64,000 nucleotides of DNA, from positions 758,289 to 822,288 of the forward strand of contig QPGO01000014.1 in assembly GCA_008632985.1 (NCBI GenBank), in the 5' to 3' direction. Under the pieces are notes generated by a model. It did no database searches and was not told where the DNA came from. It was given only the letters and a program-made list of their open reading frames with translations. Below, piece by piece: positions 1-13,500 of this stretch (within the stretch, counting starts at the first letter, position 1; the number at the start of each line of letters is the position of its first letter). The stretch comes from Psammoneis japonica. Its lineage: Eukaryota. The position numbers were made by a program, and so were the translations under genes.

Positions 1-3000
1 TGTCTTGGCCTGCAGTTTGGAAAACATTTTTGATTGCAGCCTGCTGGTGTGTGGGCGATGCCATCAACAAGAGCTACCACTCTGCAGTGAAAGATGGAAG
101 CAAGCAGAAAAGTGTTGCAAGAAGTGTCATGGCAATGATTGGGTGGGATGACAGCATCTGGACCTTGCTGACCTGGATGAAGCAGCCACAGCAGGAGAGA
201 TCCCACACTTTTGTGATGGAGTGTCCAATGCCGGACAAAGCTTGAGCACAGAGGAGAGCAGTCCATTCAAGCTCCAGAAAGCAGACAACATTGCACATGT
301 GTTCATTCATCAACATGCCTCAAGCTGCAAGTCACAAAAACCACTGCCAATCTTTCTGCCAGCCACAGATCAAACAGCAAGTGTGCTGCTTTTTAGGGCC
401 CAAGATTCAAAACAGGGGTGGCTCATCAACTCTCTTCTTGTTTCATCCATTCAAGAGCTTCTTGTTCTCTCCAAGTCTTTGGTGTGCATTCATGTCTCTG
501 TTGATTCAAGTGCAAAGAGCAGTCATTTCTTGTTTTGCTTTCTCTCTGCTGGTTGCTGGTTGTTGAGTGGTGCATTTTTTGTTGTCACAATTTGGAAATT
601 GGCAAGCCCAATCACTGCTTGAATGTCAACCCATTTTCCACATTTTAAGTCTCCAAAGTGCAAAATGCAACAAGCCCACAGCCCTCAATTGTTTCATGCA
701 ATGCAATGCAATTCTTTGAAAGGTGCCCAACATCAACTCAATTCAGTTGAAATCCCAGTTTGTCAATGACTCAAAATCACAAACATCAAACAAATGGCTG
801 CTTTTGACATCAAGCTCCCCAACTTCATTCCAGATGTGACTGTGCACCTCAAAGTTCATGGCCATGATGCATGCAAGCATGCTTTGTTGTCATTGTCAAG
901 CACTTGTGCATGAAAGAAAGCCAGTGCATCAAAGTTCAGCAAAAGGATGGAACACAAATTCATTTGTGTGTTCATTTCCTGCATTGGTGTGGTGATGTCA
1001 GGGGCAGAATCGATCGCAACTGTGCACTCACCATGATTGACATTTCTGCATTTTTGCCATTTTGAAATCCCGCCATCAGCCATTTAACACCCATTGTCAG
1101 CCATTTGGCAGTCTTTGTGCTGAAGCAGAATTTTCATTAAGGATCATTGTTGACCATTTGGCTTGCGCTGGCTCAAGGTCATTTAATGAGATGGGTCATG
1201 GGCTCATCGTCAACCAGCCAGAAGCATGAAATCTTTGCCAATTTTTCCTGAATTTTGCTGTGCTTCGCCGTGGTGAAACAACAAACCACAAGTCTGTGAT
1301 GGAGGAGGCATGTGTGCCAACTCTCATTTGTTTTGTGTTTGTCAAAGATTGCACGTGTGTGAAAAGTTGGCAGACAGCAAGCTGCATTTTTGAGAAATGT
1401 TGATCACTGTCATCATCACCCCATGCTTTGATTGCCATGCTGGTGGTTCTCATTTTTGTGTGTGACAGGGTGTGACTGTGAAAAGCTCTTGTCTTCAAAA
1501 ATGAGCAAAAAGCACCAGTGTTGCTTGGAAAGAACTGCCATTGTCAAAGCTGGGTCATTGTTTTCCGCTGTTTTTTTAAACAGCTTGTGATTTTCCCATT
1601 TCCCCATGCTTTGCCCGTGCTGTTTTGTGATGCCTCTGAGCACCCCGAAACACTTGTGAGTGTGTCCAGCCCACATCAGGGCTGTCAGACCTTTGTGTGA
1701 ACTAAACTTGTCAACCTTCAAATGCATGTTGTTGGCTTGGCAAGGTTGTCACATTTGACAAAGTGCCATTTTTTTTAAAGTCAGACTGCTTGTGGCAAAC
1801 AAGCCACAACTTTCCAGGAAATGCCCATCAGAGGCCCGTTTCAAGAATGAGCTGTCTTGTCATCAGACCAGTGGACAGTCTCGCAGATGACATGTGTGAG
1901 TGTTGTCACACAAATTTGTTTGTGATGAATCATCGTCATTCAACATGAATCACACCTGTTCACCACAAATGGGTGTGATTAAAAACTGACAAATGTCCAT
2001 GCCAACAACAAATGTCCCCGGGGATGTCAACAAACAGTCGTTGATCCCAATGAGTGAGTTGCAACCCAACAAGTTTATGACTCCAAACAAGTTGCCTGAT
2101 GGGATTTCACTTTGCTTGTCGTTGCCAACCAGGTGATGACCGAATGCAGCATTGGGGCACATTTTCAATTTTTGTTGTCAAAGTCAATCAGTTGACTTGT
2201 GTGTTGCAACAATCATTTTCGATTGTCCCATCCACTTGTTGCATGTCACTGCTGCAGTTGATTGTCAACAATTGTGAATGCAAGCAATCACTGCTGAGCC
2301 AATCTCAACCAAACCGCCACCAACTCCAGCTTGCATGTTTCAGTGCAGTTGACCTGGAGGTTGTCTTCATCATCCAAGCCATCCTGTGGTTCTTCTGCCA
2401 CCTGTTGATGTTGCTCAGTTGCAATGGCTCAGCAGAGCTGTTCCCAAGGGCCAAGTTGTCTGCTTGCAACATCTTGCTTGATCTTCACGACCATTTCAAC
2501 AAAGAACTTGTCAGCCTTTGGCAACCACCTTTGCTGTTCCTTGGTGTCTTGCGCTTCCCAAGTCCCCCATTTCCATCTGCATCTTTTGGCTTCACCACCG
2601 TGAAATGCTTGAGTGTCCTGCCAACCTTTCTCTTCTTGCTGGATGCACGTGCATTGTTTTGGATGTCAACAAGTGCTTTCGCAGCCTTGGTCAGAGCTGT
2701 GACTCATGCTGCAGTCTTTGGCTTGTCTCTAATCTTCTTGACCATTGCATCCCATTTTGCAAAGGACTCTTCCCTTGTGTTCTCAAACTTCTGTTTTAGT
2801 TCTTGCATTGACAAACCTTCCTCCTCCAGCGGCTCTTGTGGATCTTTCCAGAGCAGCACAAACATGCTCATGCCCTGGTCATCCTTCTCCTTGGCTGTTG
2901 TGAGGTCTGGCTGGCATGATGGTCTTGCACAAGTCGTTGCTTCCCTCTTGGACCGTCGGGCCTCCATCATCAACCAACTTCACATCGTAATCTGACATCA

Positions 3001-3413
3001 AAGTCCCGTCCTTGTTTTGGCTCTTGCAGTCAGCATGCCACGCATCGCAGTTGTTCTTGAGGAGCATGTGGGCAAATGCCTCAGTGCACACTGTGCTCAT
3101 CCTCTTGTTCTTGGCAGTGCACTCTTTCCAGCATGTGTCTCCAAAAATTGGACGCAGCATGCAGTCACAGAACACTGTCTGCAAAGCTGGGTTTCCCATG
3201 CAATCTTGGAATCTTTCCACAGATGGCAAGATGCAATTGTTGTCATTGCAGCATGCACAAAGAGCTTCATTCGCAGCAGGGAAAGCAAGTGACAATGCTG
3301 TCAGCAACTGCAATGGCTGTTTTTGTTGCACCATTTGTTTGCACATTTGACCTCTTAATTGCCAGCCACTCCTGGCACATCTTTTTTTGTTTCATTGCAA
3401 GCCACAGGTGGCA

Positions 3414-3676
3414 CAGGCATGTTTTTTGCTCTGGCATGGGCAAATCCTGCAGCATTCTGTCCATTGTTTTGGGGCTGCAATTCTGTTCATGATTCCTTCA
3501 GAGCATGCCTGTTTCCTCCATTTCCTTGTCATTGAGTGTGAACGTGCAGGCATGTTTTTTGCTCTGGCATGGGCAAATCCTGCAGCATCCTGCCTGTCAT
3601 TTTGGGGCTTCAATTCTGTTCATGATTCCTTCAGAGCATGTCTGTTCCCTCCATTTCCTTGTCATTGAATGCAAAC
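3414..3676. repeat. ~133-bp tandem duplication
   Basis: caggcatgttttttgctctggcatgggcaaatcctgcagcat... starts at 3414 and again at 3547. Several differences between the copies are CA<->TG swaps. Confidence 0.9.
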
Positions 3677-4534
3677 TTGACACTGAGGAACAATGTTTCC
3701 TTGACATGTTCTCTCACCTTCGCAATGTCCTGCATCACCTTGGCATCATGATCTGCCATCCAATTGGTTGAGCTTGTGTCCCGCTTCACAATGACCATTG
3801 TCCTCCACTGCTGCCTCAGTTTTTTTTTCTGGTGTGTGCTGAAGTGCACTGAAGTGATGTGATGGATGCAGTTGAGTCTTGTGGATGATGTGCACACAAC
3901 AGTTGTCTTTCGTCCTTCCACATGCTTTTTTTCTCACCTGGGTGGGGTCTTTTTTCCCCACACATTTTTTTTTTGCTGGACATCTGCACTCCAATTTAAA
4001 TGGATCCTCCCTCCAATTCAAAACATTTCATCTTCAATGTCTGAACATGTGTTTGCCATGATGTCCAATGTCTCTTTACAGCCAACTCTCCAACAGCCAT
4101 TGCCGCCATGCCAATTGACTCCCACTCAAAAATCCACCAAGTCTTCACTCAACAATTTGATTCAAAAATCAATCCAACACCTGCATGCCAACAAATGGTT
4201 GTGATCAAGCATCAAATCATTTCATCCTGCTTCTGCCACCTTCCTTTCCCAATTGGACTGTTAGCTTGGCATGCTTTTTTGCCACTGTTGACACCAATGC
4301 CAGCAAAATGCACCCTGCTCTGGTGCATCTGCCACAACTCAATTGAGCCAGCTGGTGCAAGCCGCTGTTTTTGTTTTCCAAGAACAGCAACTTGCTCATC
4401 AGTTGTCCGTTTCTGCCTCTGAGAAAGACCAAGCCACAAATCCCAGCACTGGTTTCAACACAGACTGCGACCCACCCAGTTTCCCACCTGCGGAAGATCC
4501 ACAGCTTTTTCCTGCACCTGATGAGGAAGCAGAA

Positions 4535-4563
4535 GAGGAGGAGGAGGAGGAGGAGGAGGAGGA
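4535..4563. repeat. (GAG)n microsatellite
   Basis: Direct run of gaggaggag... Confidence 0.9.
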
Positions 4564-7204
4564 CCAGTTTCAGATTCAGTGTCACCCTTGTTGAATGAAT
4601 CAGAGCAAGAAGAGAGACATTGCTTTCACTTGGGCATGACTTTGAGCTGGGGCATGACCGCAATGGGGGGAGAGGCAAACTGCCATGGGCTGTTGCAGCA
4701 TGAACTGCCAATGTGGAATCCTGTGGATTCTGGTCATGCTGCTTTCTCAGTTCTGCGCTGATTCACCAAAAACATCTTCCATTCAAACAAATGCAAAATG
4801 CATGAGCTTTTTTGACCGTGACAGTTTTGTCCAATGACACTGCAAGCCCTTGGACAGATTTTTGACCTGCAGTTTGGACAACTGTGAAGAGATCCATGCC
4901 TCACACAAACACAGGCAACACATCTGAATGAACTGGGGCAACGGAGCACAAAACAGTGACGGACAGATGCACACACACTGGGGACGCATGTGGGCACCAT
5001 GGAATTGTGACTTTTGGTGACAATTTCCAGAATCTTCTGTCCCATTCAAAGTTTTGCATTGTGCATGGGTTTTGTCATCAGGGCTGCATGCAGTGCTTCA
5101 TGAGTGTCCAAGCTGAATGTCTGTGGATTGAAAAGTGTCAAGCTGAGTCATTCTTCTGAAGTTGCTGACAAAAAGGAATGCCAACATTTTGTGTTCAAAC
5201 AATGTGTCAGTTTTGTGCAAAGAAATGCGTGGTTAAACACAAAAACAATGATGAAACAAACAACTGACTTCAGTTTAATGGAGAAAATTCTGGGACAAAA
5301 ATTTTGTCCTGCGAGTGCAGAAAAAGTTAAAACTCCAACTGTTTGGGTCTTGCAGCTCTTCTCATGCCATGTTCATGAAGCCATTGGACACAGGTGTTCT
5401 TTCAACCCAATGCAGTTTGATGTCACCACAATTGTCTGAGTCACTTAAAACTTGAGCAACACAAAGACAAGATGCTTTGCTTGCTTGGATGAAGCCAATG
5501 CTGTCAATCTTCTGTTTCTTTGTGAACAAGTTCAGCACAGCGGGTTTGGCAGAATGTTTTTGGCTCAGATCATTGTTGCTGCTGGTCTTGGCAGAATCAT
5601 TTGTCATTTTCATTGTGCATTTTGAGTGTCAATGTAAAATGAGATGCAGCTGCAATTGCTGCAAAACGTGCACAAGCCTTGTCAAAGGTGTGCCACTCAG
5701 GTCTTGTCGCAGTTGTTTGTTGTGCTGCACAATTCCAAAAACATTGTCACATGTGTGGCCCATCTCAAAGCATCAGCACTGCTGGGCAAGCTGCACATTT
5801 ACAGAAGCAGATGATTCTTTGTTGTCAATGCAACAGGAATCACATCATCAATTGTTGGATTCTGAGCATGCTGAAGTCCTGCTTGTTTGTGAGAATCAAC
5901 ACTTTGGCCCTGCTTGTGTGCAACAGTGTGTGCAAGTTTGAAACAGTGATGCCCTGGAAAAAGCAGCATCAAAGAAAATTGATTGGTTGCCATCTGGTGC
6001 AAGGACAGGACGTGCAAGAAAAAACATCGGCAAACAGCATTGGCAAAAAAGTGGGAGATGCAAGTCGTGGAAAGGAAGCAAGACTGAGAGAAAAGGACTT
6101 AAAAGCAGGATTTAAAAACAAGAGTGACAGTTGTCTCACCACACAAGATGACAGTGTCACAGCTTGGATTTGTTGTTTGTCACAAGTCATGAGAGAACAC
6201 CATGCCTGACTTTGCTGAATGCTTGCCTGACTTGGTTCCACCTCTTGAGAGGGGAGAAGAGTGCAATCTGCAATCTGACATGTGCTGCTGGCACCATGAC
6301 ATCTGAGTGCATGTTTGAACAAGATGGAAAGGCTCTCTTGTCAACATTGCCAGGCGTTGAGCATGCAACACAAGGACAAGGCAGCAAACATGTTTTGCAC
6401 TGGAGTGCTCAATGCTCAACAAATGGAGCCACTTGTCAAAGACAAAGTCAATCTGCTCCACATGATTGTGTGTTCTTCTTTGGCAATTTGCATGATTCAA
6501 AGGGTCAATGCTTTGCAATTGTTTGCACTTTGCCCCAAGACAGCAATCAGCTGTTTTGCCATGCAAACAACAAAGCAGCAGGAGAAAGTTTTCTCATTGT
6601 GGAGCCTGTCTTCACAAACTGTCTCTTGCCAGGAGCTCCAATGTTGGAGACATGCCATCCACTCCTGCCTCTCAAAAATCCAAAGTCTCTGTTGTGCAAG
6701 ATGCCATTTCATCATGCACGTCAGGGTGAGATGTGTTTCTTTGCTTTGGGGCACAAAACTGTTGATTTTGTGTCAGCTTCATCAGCTCAACATGACAAAT
6801 CCTGTGGTGTGTGGAATGCTTGCCTTTGTTGCATGTGCTGGACTGTCTGGCACTGGTGCTGTGTGCGAGACTGGTTGAAATGGACACTGTTGTGTGCAAG
6901 TTTTTTTTGTCCATTTTGCAGGATTTAGTTCTTCAACCAGCCAGCACAACGGCACCCATGGCACCGTCACACTGGAATTGTTTGGGGTTGCCCCACTTGT
7001 GTGATGACTTGTCACCTCAAATCTGTTGAAAGCACATTGGCTGAAGTTGCTTGCACACTCACCTGCAATGCCTTGTCACATGTAAAATGACCAAGCAGGA
7101 CAGACATTTCTGGTCATGCAATGTCCGTTGTCGATCTGTTGTGAAGTTGCTTGTTGCCCTTGACGTTTTGAATCTGTTCAGGCACATGCACACAAGACAA
7201 AAAA

Positions 7205-7895
7205 ACTCAACGGACGTTGAAAATCTGTTGAAAGTTGGAAGTTGCAACAAAAAACTGTTGAAGCTTGGAAGTTTCAACAAAAAAACTGTTGAAACTTTTT
7301 TCAAGTTGTTGAAACTTCAAAGTTTCAACAGTTTTGTTGTTGAAAGTTTGAGTTGCAACAAAAATGCTTTCAACAAAAACTCACACAAACTGCTGAAACT
7401 TTTGGGCTCTGCATCACATGATGTCATGCACTGGCCACACGTCAAAAAGCAGCAGCAAGCCAAGTTCAAGTTGACACTGCACGACAATGCAAACTGCCTC
7501 AAAGCAATGGCGGTGATCCTCCTGTGGTGAAATGTCCCTGAGAGACAAGCAAAGTTCTTGATGTGGGCATTAAAAGCCTCTTGATGAGAACAAGCCCGGC
7601 TCTCAGCTTCTGCTGTGTGTCCCAACATGCCAAGCTTTGGCGGTCCTCGGTGCCAAGTGTGACAGTGTCTTTGGCATTTCCCATCAATTTGTCTGAGTTG
7701 ATGGTGACATCATGAAGTTTCAGACATTGTGGGGATGAAATCGTGGTGACATCATGTGGTTTCAACAACGACTGTTGAAACTCAAAGTTTCAACAAAAAA
7801 TCTGGTGAAACTTTTTCCAAGTTGTTGAAACTTCAAAGTTTCAACATGTTGTTTGTTGAAACTTCAGAGTTTCAACAGGTTTTTGTTGAAACTGT
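7205..7895. repeat. Array of GTTGAA/TTCAAC motifs in two clusters (probable subterminal repeats of a DNA transposon)
   Basis: Many gttgaaa/tttcaac copies in both orientations. caagttgttgaaacttcaaagtttcaaca occurs at ~7302 and ~7818. Confidence 0.65.
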
Positions 7896-9521
7896 TGCCA
7901 ATTTTTTGGCAAAAATGACTCTTTTTAATCAACAATGTCGATTGTGTGTGCTTGCACACAAACAGAATCACTGTGTGTCATTTGTGCATGAATGTTGAGA
8001 ATCAGCCCAATTGACATCTGTGCACATTCAAGCATGAACATGACACATGTTGTCAAAAATGTGATTGTGCACTTGCCAGTGTGGCATTCATTGTTCGAGT
8101 TTCAACAGATTTGAGGTGACTCCCTGGGGGCTGATTTTGTGAAAATGGGAAGGAAGCATGGGAGTTGTGCGTGGAGACACCCGCCGGGTTCCTTTGGGCA
8201 TGCAGAGAAAGACCCAAGTGAGTGACAGACCATTTTCAAAAACAGTTTTTGATTGCCATGCATCTGGGTTTTATCAAACATCTGCCACATGGAGCCAATT
8301 GAGACCAGGCAAAGAGAGATCCAACCATGAGTCTCCATCTCAACAAACCTCTGTGGGACAAAGGGCAGACTCAAATGGCATCATGATTGCATCAAAAATT
8401 TCCCGGAAAATTCCAGGTCTTGCACACAAAGAGTTGCAATGGACCATGACGCGATGCTGACGGGTCATGACTCGCCCACTCATGAATGGTGCAACTGAAA
8501 CTCACAATGAAGTGTGCAAGAGTGCGTCTTGCACGTGATGGGGTCATCAAAATTGCAACAACTGAAGAGAAATGGTCACAAAATGGACTTCTGGTGAGTT
8601 GCTCTGTTTGCCAGTGTCGTTGTTGAATCGCAGTTGATGTCGAGCTGTTTCTCGCAATGCTTGTCACATTTTTTCCTTGCAAAGGAGTCCATTTTAGACA
8701 GCTTTTGAATTTTGTTTGGCATGGCAGCCATCAAAAATGTCGCGCTTCAGAGTTTTGAAGGAGCAAGGGTCAAGACAACAAAGCACTGGTGCTTTGCCTC
8801 GATCGACAGAAACGGCCTTGCCGTTGTCTCTGTCCCAGCACAACCAAAGACTGCTCATCCTTCACCACTTGGAAATTGTTGCACAAAACCATGGCATCAA
8901 AAATTGTGGACGAAGGCTTCAGGGCCATCATGGAAAGGGACGCAAACCGCAGAGACTTGGAGTGCCATGAATGAACTTTCCTTTCTGGGACCCCAACACT
9001 CCTGCAACGTTGGCCCAGAGAGTGTTTTGCGAAAGGAATCATGGGCAGCCAGGTGCAGGAGATTTGCAGAGCACCCGACCCTTGGCACTGTCATGAGTGG
9101 GGGATCCACAATTCCGAGTCGCACCACTTTGGCTGCTTGCCCTCACGGACCGGCAAGTCACGACTTTGAGCTCGACAAGTGTGCCAATCCAACAGTTGGG
9201 ACTTTTGTGGTCGTGTGCCGGAATGTTTACTCTTATAAACGAACACAATCACCACATGATAATTAGCTTTCCTAATGTGATATTTCAGGCGACTCCTTGT
9301 TCTTTGTTGTTCTGCGAACACTTCCAACTTGCACATACAAACGTGAGACGAACGAGACTTTGGTATCTTTCTACAGGAAACCGAACTCCTGACATTCATT
9401 TTCACGATTGTGCCCATAGCTGGGTAAGAACCCTACGATTTCCTCTCGTACCATCATAAAGTTCCAAAGTTGTGTTCTCATAAAAAAAGTTTCAAGTCGT
9501 CAATCACGTTCATATTTGACC

Positions 9522-10565
9522 ATGAGAGGAAAATTCTTAGCCTTAATCGCCCTTGGTTACCTTGGCGTAAATGGAAAGCTCCACAAAGGAGAAAATGCCC
9601 GTAAGGAGAGGAGCTTGATCGAAGACGGGGACGTCGTGAGAGTTGTAAGTTTCGTTATCTGATTACACAACACAATCTTGGCGATCAAATGTCTCATTAT
9701 AAAAATTGATTGCTTTGCTTTTGTTTCCACTGTAGCTGAGTGGAAGCGGAAACCCTGCCGTTTGTCCTGACAACTGCGATTGCCCCGACAACTGCGACTG
9801 TCCCGATAACTGCGACTGTCCTGATAACTGCGATTGCCCCGACAACTGCGATTGCCCCGACAACTGCAATTGTCCCAATAACTGCAACTGTCCCGACAAC
9901 TGCAACTGCCCCGACAATTGTCCCGACAACTGCAACTGTCCTCAGCCCCCGGATTGTAACTGCGAGGTAAGCAAAGGAATCTGCTTTGCGGCTTTACGTG
10001 TGTTAGCTAGCTAGGAGTTGTACTTCTTTGATTACGGTTCATTGCTCACCCTGCCGCTGCTTGATTGGTTTGTGGCTGCCAAATATAGCAAAAAACGAGA
10101 TGCGTGGAACCGAATGCTCTTAGTGAGACTCTCTGTGCCCAAACTTTCTCAGAAGAAGGTGATAGCGATGGTGGTTTCGGTTTCTTGCCTGAACCAAAGC
10201 TGTTTCCACCATTTTCTACTCACGACTTTGTCATGAGGAGCCAGTTGGCAGTGGTGGGTCCAGGATTGCACAGCCAGGCGGTGTGCCAAGGTGGCTTACT
10301 GCTTCTTGATGATACGGCCGCATTTGTGGGCTCCCTAGACTTCTCTGGTGTGCTTTCTGGCCCTGAAAGGCTTAGCCATCTCACAATCACAGGCGGAAGT
10401 GGAGTATTTCGATCAGCAACCGGAGCCTTTACGATTTGGAGCCTTGGCGCGAATTGTAATGTTGATGCAACGGGTTACTCAGGGCTCGTATCATACCTCA
10501 TCTCGGTTGTAGATCTCTGCCTCTTGGAAGAAAACTACGACATCCTCTTTCCTGCTGCTCCTTAA
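9522..10565 (+). CDS. Secreted protein with Cys-rich (CPDNCD/N)n repeat and C-terminal dirigent/allene-oxide-cyclase-like domain; 3 exons (9522-9644, 9736-9966, 10089-10565)
   Basis: Signal peptide MRGKFLALIALGYLGVNG. Two phase-0 GTAAG...TAG introns join the exons in frame with ORF 10104-10565. Motif LTITGGSGVFRSATG resembles the dirigent GG(T/S)G.F..A.G motif. TA content is normal. Confidence 0.75.
9763..9940 (+). repeat. 18-bp coding tandem repeat (~9.5 units) encoding CPDNC(D/N)
   Basis: tgyccyrayaactgcray units, with variation mostly at third codon positions in the Cys-Pro-Asp-Asn-Cys frame. Confidence 0.95.
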
Positions 10566-13500
10566 AAGGCGCATAAGGTTAATGACTAGAGTTTCGTTAC
10601 AGTAGGGTATTTCATTCATGGTGGAGCTGAGGGATGGCCAGGTGTCAGCGCCAAAGACATTGAGGATATCCCCTCTTTTTATGAAGCTACATGTACACTC
10701 TGAAAGATTTGAATCTGCTGTTTTAGTCACGTTCAAGTCGGGCCCGATTTGCAGATTTTCAAGTGGGTGCGCAGCAGGACGAAATGCATGCGGAGAAGAA
10801 CGTGTTAAAGACTAATGCGAGGTCGCATTTCACGTCGGGACGGTGGATCACGCTGTCGCTTGGGTGGATCTGGATCGAGGATTGAAATTTATTTGAGTAT
10901 GGGAAATGAACTTCAGTCACGGTCCACTGCATGAATGGCTGAAAGATGTTAAACTGCAAAGTTGACATTGTGTTACCCATGGGTCCCCTTTGGAGGAGAG
11001 GGGAACACTCACATGACCCACATTCGCTCCATGGGCCCGCCAGGAGCTAGCAGTAGAAGCATTGGCCACCAGCTGCTGCCAGTGGCTGACACTCTCAACT
11101 CTACAACACTCTCTTACAGCAGCAGTGGCAACAGAGAGGGACCCCCATTTGACATTGGCCTCATCATTTCTGAGACAATGGCAGTCCCTCCTGATGAGCC
11201 CATGGTGTGAACATTGGTTGTCTGAGTGTTCCCCAACTTTCAGCCATTTGCGCGGTGACAAAACATGAAAAAATGAGGGAAACAAAACTCTTTGCTCTCT
11301 TGTCCAATGCACTGTTGTGTCGAGAATTGCTGCACTTGCAGCAACTTGGTTCGAAATGGCTCTCATTTTCTTTCCCAAACCTGAAGCACTGTGCATTGTT
11401 TTGCTTGGCTCATTGCCTTGAGTCTTTTTCTTGTTGGCTCTGTTTCCCATGAAAAGATTTGGTTGGCATTTGATGCTCTTAGGGAGGAAAGCAAGGTGGC
11501 CATCAGTGAGGAGCTCCAACCAGACCTGGTTGTTGCAAAGAGCACAATGAATGGTGGTCACTTTGAGCTCACCCAGCGACATCTTTCATCATCATGCAAG
11601 GCATCTCTCATCAAGGAAATCAATCAGGAAGAGTTGGACCACTTCACGTTTGGCAAGTTGGCTGCCTTGGATGGAAAGTTGCACTTTCATGGAAAAGATG
11701 CAGTTCACTGGGAAGAACTTTGGGTCTGTGATCCTCATCTGTGACAAACCAACATTGAATGGTGACAGAGCAACAGAACCTCAGGTCACTGAGGGGCCAA
11801 GGAAACAGCACATGGAAACAATGTGTTGCATGTCTGACATGCTTTGTGATTGGGCAAAAGCTGCTCCTGGATGGGACAAGGTGCCATTTGCTGCAGACAA
11901 ATGGCAGAACGCTTGCTTTGCTTCCAAACTTTGCGACAAATTTGGTCTGAACCATGTCAACAAGAATGGCAAACAGGCGCAACTTTTTGAGCACTTTGCA
12001 GTGGCCATGACTTTGTTGAACTAGTTGGATCCCATCACCAAACTGCCTGCATTGCTGGGATGCCATGCAGACAACTTGAATTGCAGAAAGAAGAACTGCA
12101 ATGCTCTCATGTGCATCTGCTTTCATGTGTGCATTGTGCATTGATGGTGAGTCATTGCTTTGGGTGTGCCTTTCATTTTTGATTCATGCAATGTTCATGC
12201 TCTGACGTTGTCATTGAGTTGTTTCCTGCAAGGCAAATGGCACCAAATGTGTTCAATCAGAAATGGTTGTCGTTGCTGCTCTGAGTGCTTCACTCGTCTG
12301 GCTGGCAGTGACAAGACGCTTTGTCAGATGTTGGGCTTCTTCTGCTCCTTGTTTGAAGAGCATTGCCAAATTGATGCATGGCCATTTCCTGCTGCCATCA
12401 CATTCTGTTGGGGTTCACCATCCTTTTCCCAACATGAACAAAACAGTGTGGGAAGCAGCCTTTGCCTCTGCCACACTGCACATGCTGCAGTCTTTTCCAA
12501 CCTCCATGGAGCAAAAATTGTGAATTGCTTCTGCCAGTGGAATGGTTGACCACCCCTGTTCAGATGTGTGAAGTGCACAAAGGATGGGTGAAGAATGGTC
12601 TTCCCACCACTGGCAATCTCACTGAGGCACTCGTCAATGAATGCATGTGTCATTGTGGTGGGTTGTTGTGTGGTGACAGCAGCTGCAAACGTGGCAATTT
12701 GTTGTGCATCATTTGCTCTTCTCCAGTCCATTTGAGCAATCAAGCTTCTTGCGCACTGTGACAAGAAGAATGATGTTCCAAATGTCATTGGTGTGGCAGA
12801 CATTGGTGCACAGCATTTGGTTGCAGTCAGCAGTGTTGTCACCATGTGCAAGGATGTGACATTGGCAGAGCAAGCTTGGGTGTGTGCATCCACACATGTG
12901 CACAAGGTTGTCAATGAGACATTTGGTGTTTAAGCTCCTGTGGCAAACGAGTGTCACAAAACATTTGCTCAACTCACCGGCACAAATGCAGCAATGGCAG
13001 AGAATGTTCCTTGTGAAAAACTCAGAACTCTTGGGGAAAATGCAGACTGTGTGATGTCCAAGCTTGTCAACAGTGGCATGTCTCAATGGATTCAGAAGAA
13101 CAGTCACTGTCACATGCCTGACACTGGCTGTTTGCCATGATCAATCAATCTTTGCAATTGAAAATGGCACTGGGATGGAATCCTTTAAGAAGTGTCATTC
13201 AGATGAAGGAGAGGAGCATGATCTGGTTTGTCAGCCAGTGGAACTTCCCCAGTGCAAGATCAACAACAGACTTGACACAGATTGTCCCTGGGTGCTGGGA
13301 AAGTTTGTGTCCTTTAAACCAGTGGAAGTTGAGACTTCCAAAACATCCGTCCTCCCAGAAGATTGCAAGAAGAACAGGGCTGGAAAGAAGAAGAGTGCCA
13401 AATTCAATGAAAACAGCCACTCTTGCATGGGAAGAAACTGAGCATGGGAAGCAGCTCTTTGAGCAAAGGCAGACAGGAATTCCAAACTTGACTTCAAGAT

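Larger units (their letters stand above)
1..9225. mobile_element. Block A: heavily decayed, unclassified transposon-derived DNA (TpA- and CpG-depleted)
   Basis: TA is nearly absent except in TTAA-like contexts, CG is rare, and TG/CA is in excess. There are dozens of overlapping Cys/His/Gln-rich, Tyr-free ORFs and no intact gene. Composition matches the identifiable TEs elsewhere in the window. Confidence 0.6.

Noticed and set aside
7205..7895. CRISPR-like array (GTTGAA...TTCAAC repeats)
   Set aside because: Irregular spacing, mixed orientation, no unique spacers or cas genes, and a eukaryotic context.
30..9100. Many 60-300 aa Cys/His-rich ORFs on both strands (also in blocks B-E)
   Set aside because: By-products of TAA/TAG loss. 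They overlap in all frames, lack Tyr and show no coherent domains.
9663..9970. ORF-track peptides QLSGQS repeat (-) and TTAIAP repeat (+)
   Set aside because: Wrong frames. Splice sites and third-position variation support the CPDNCD frame.
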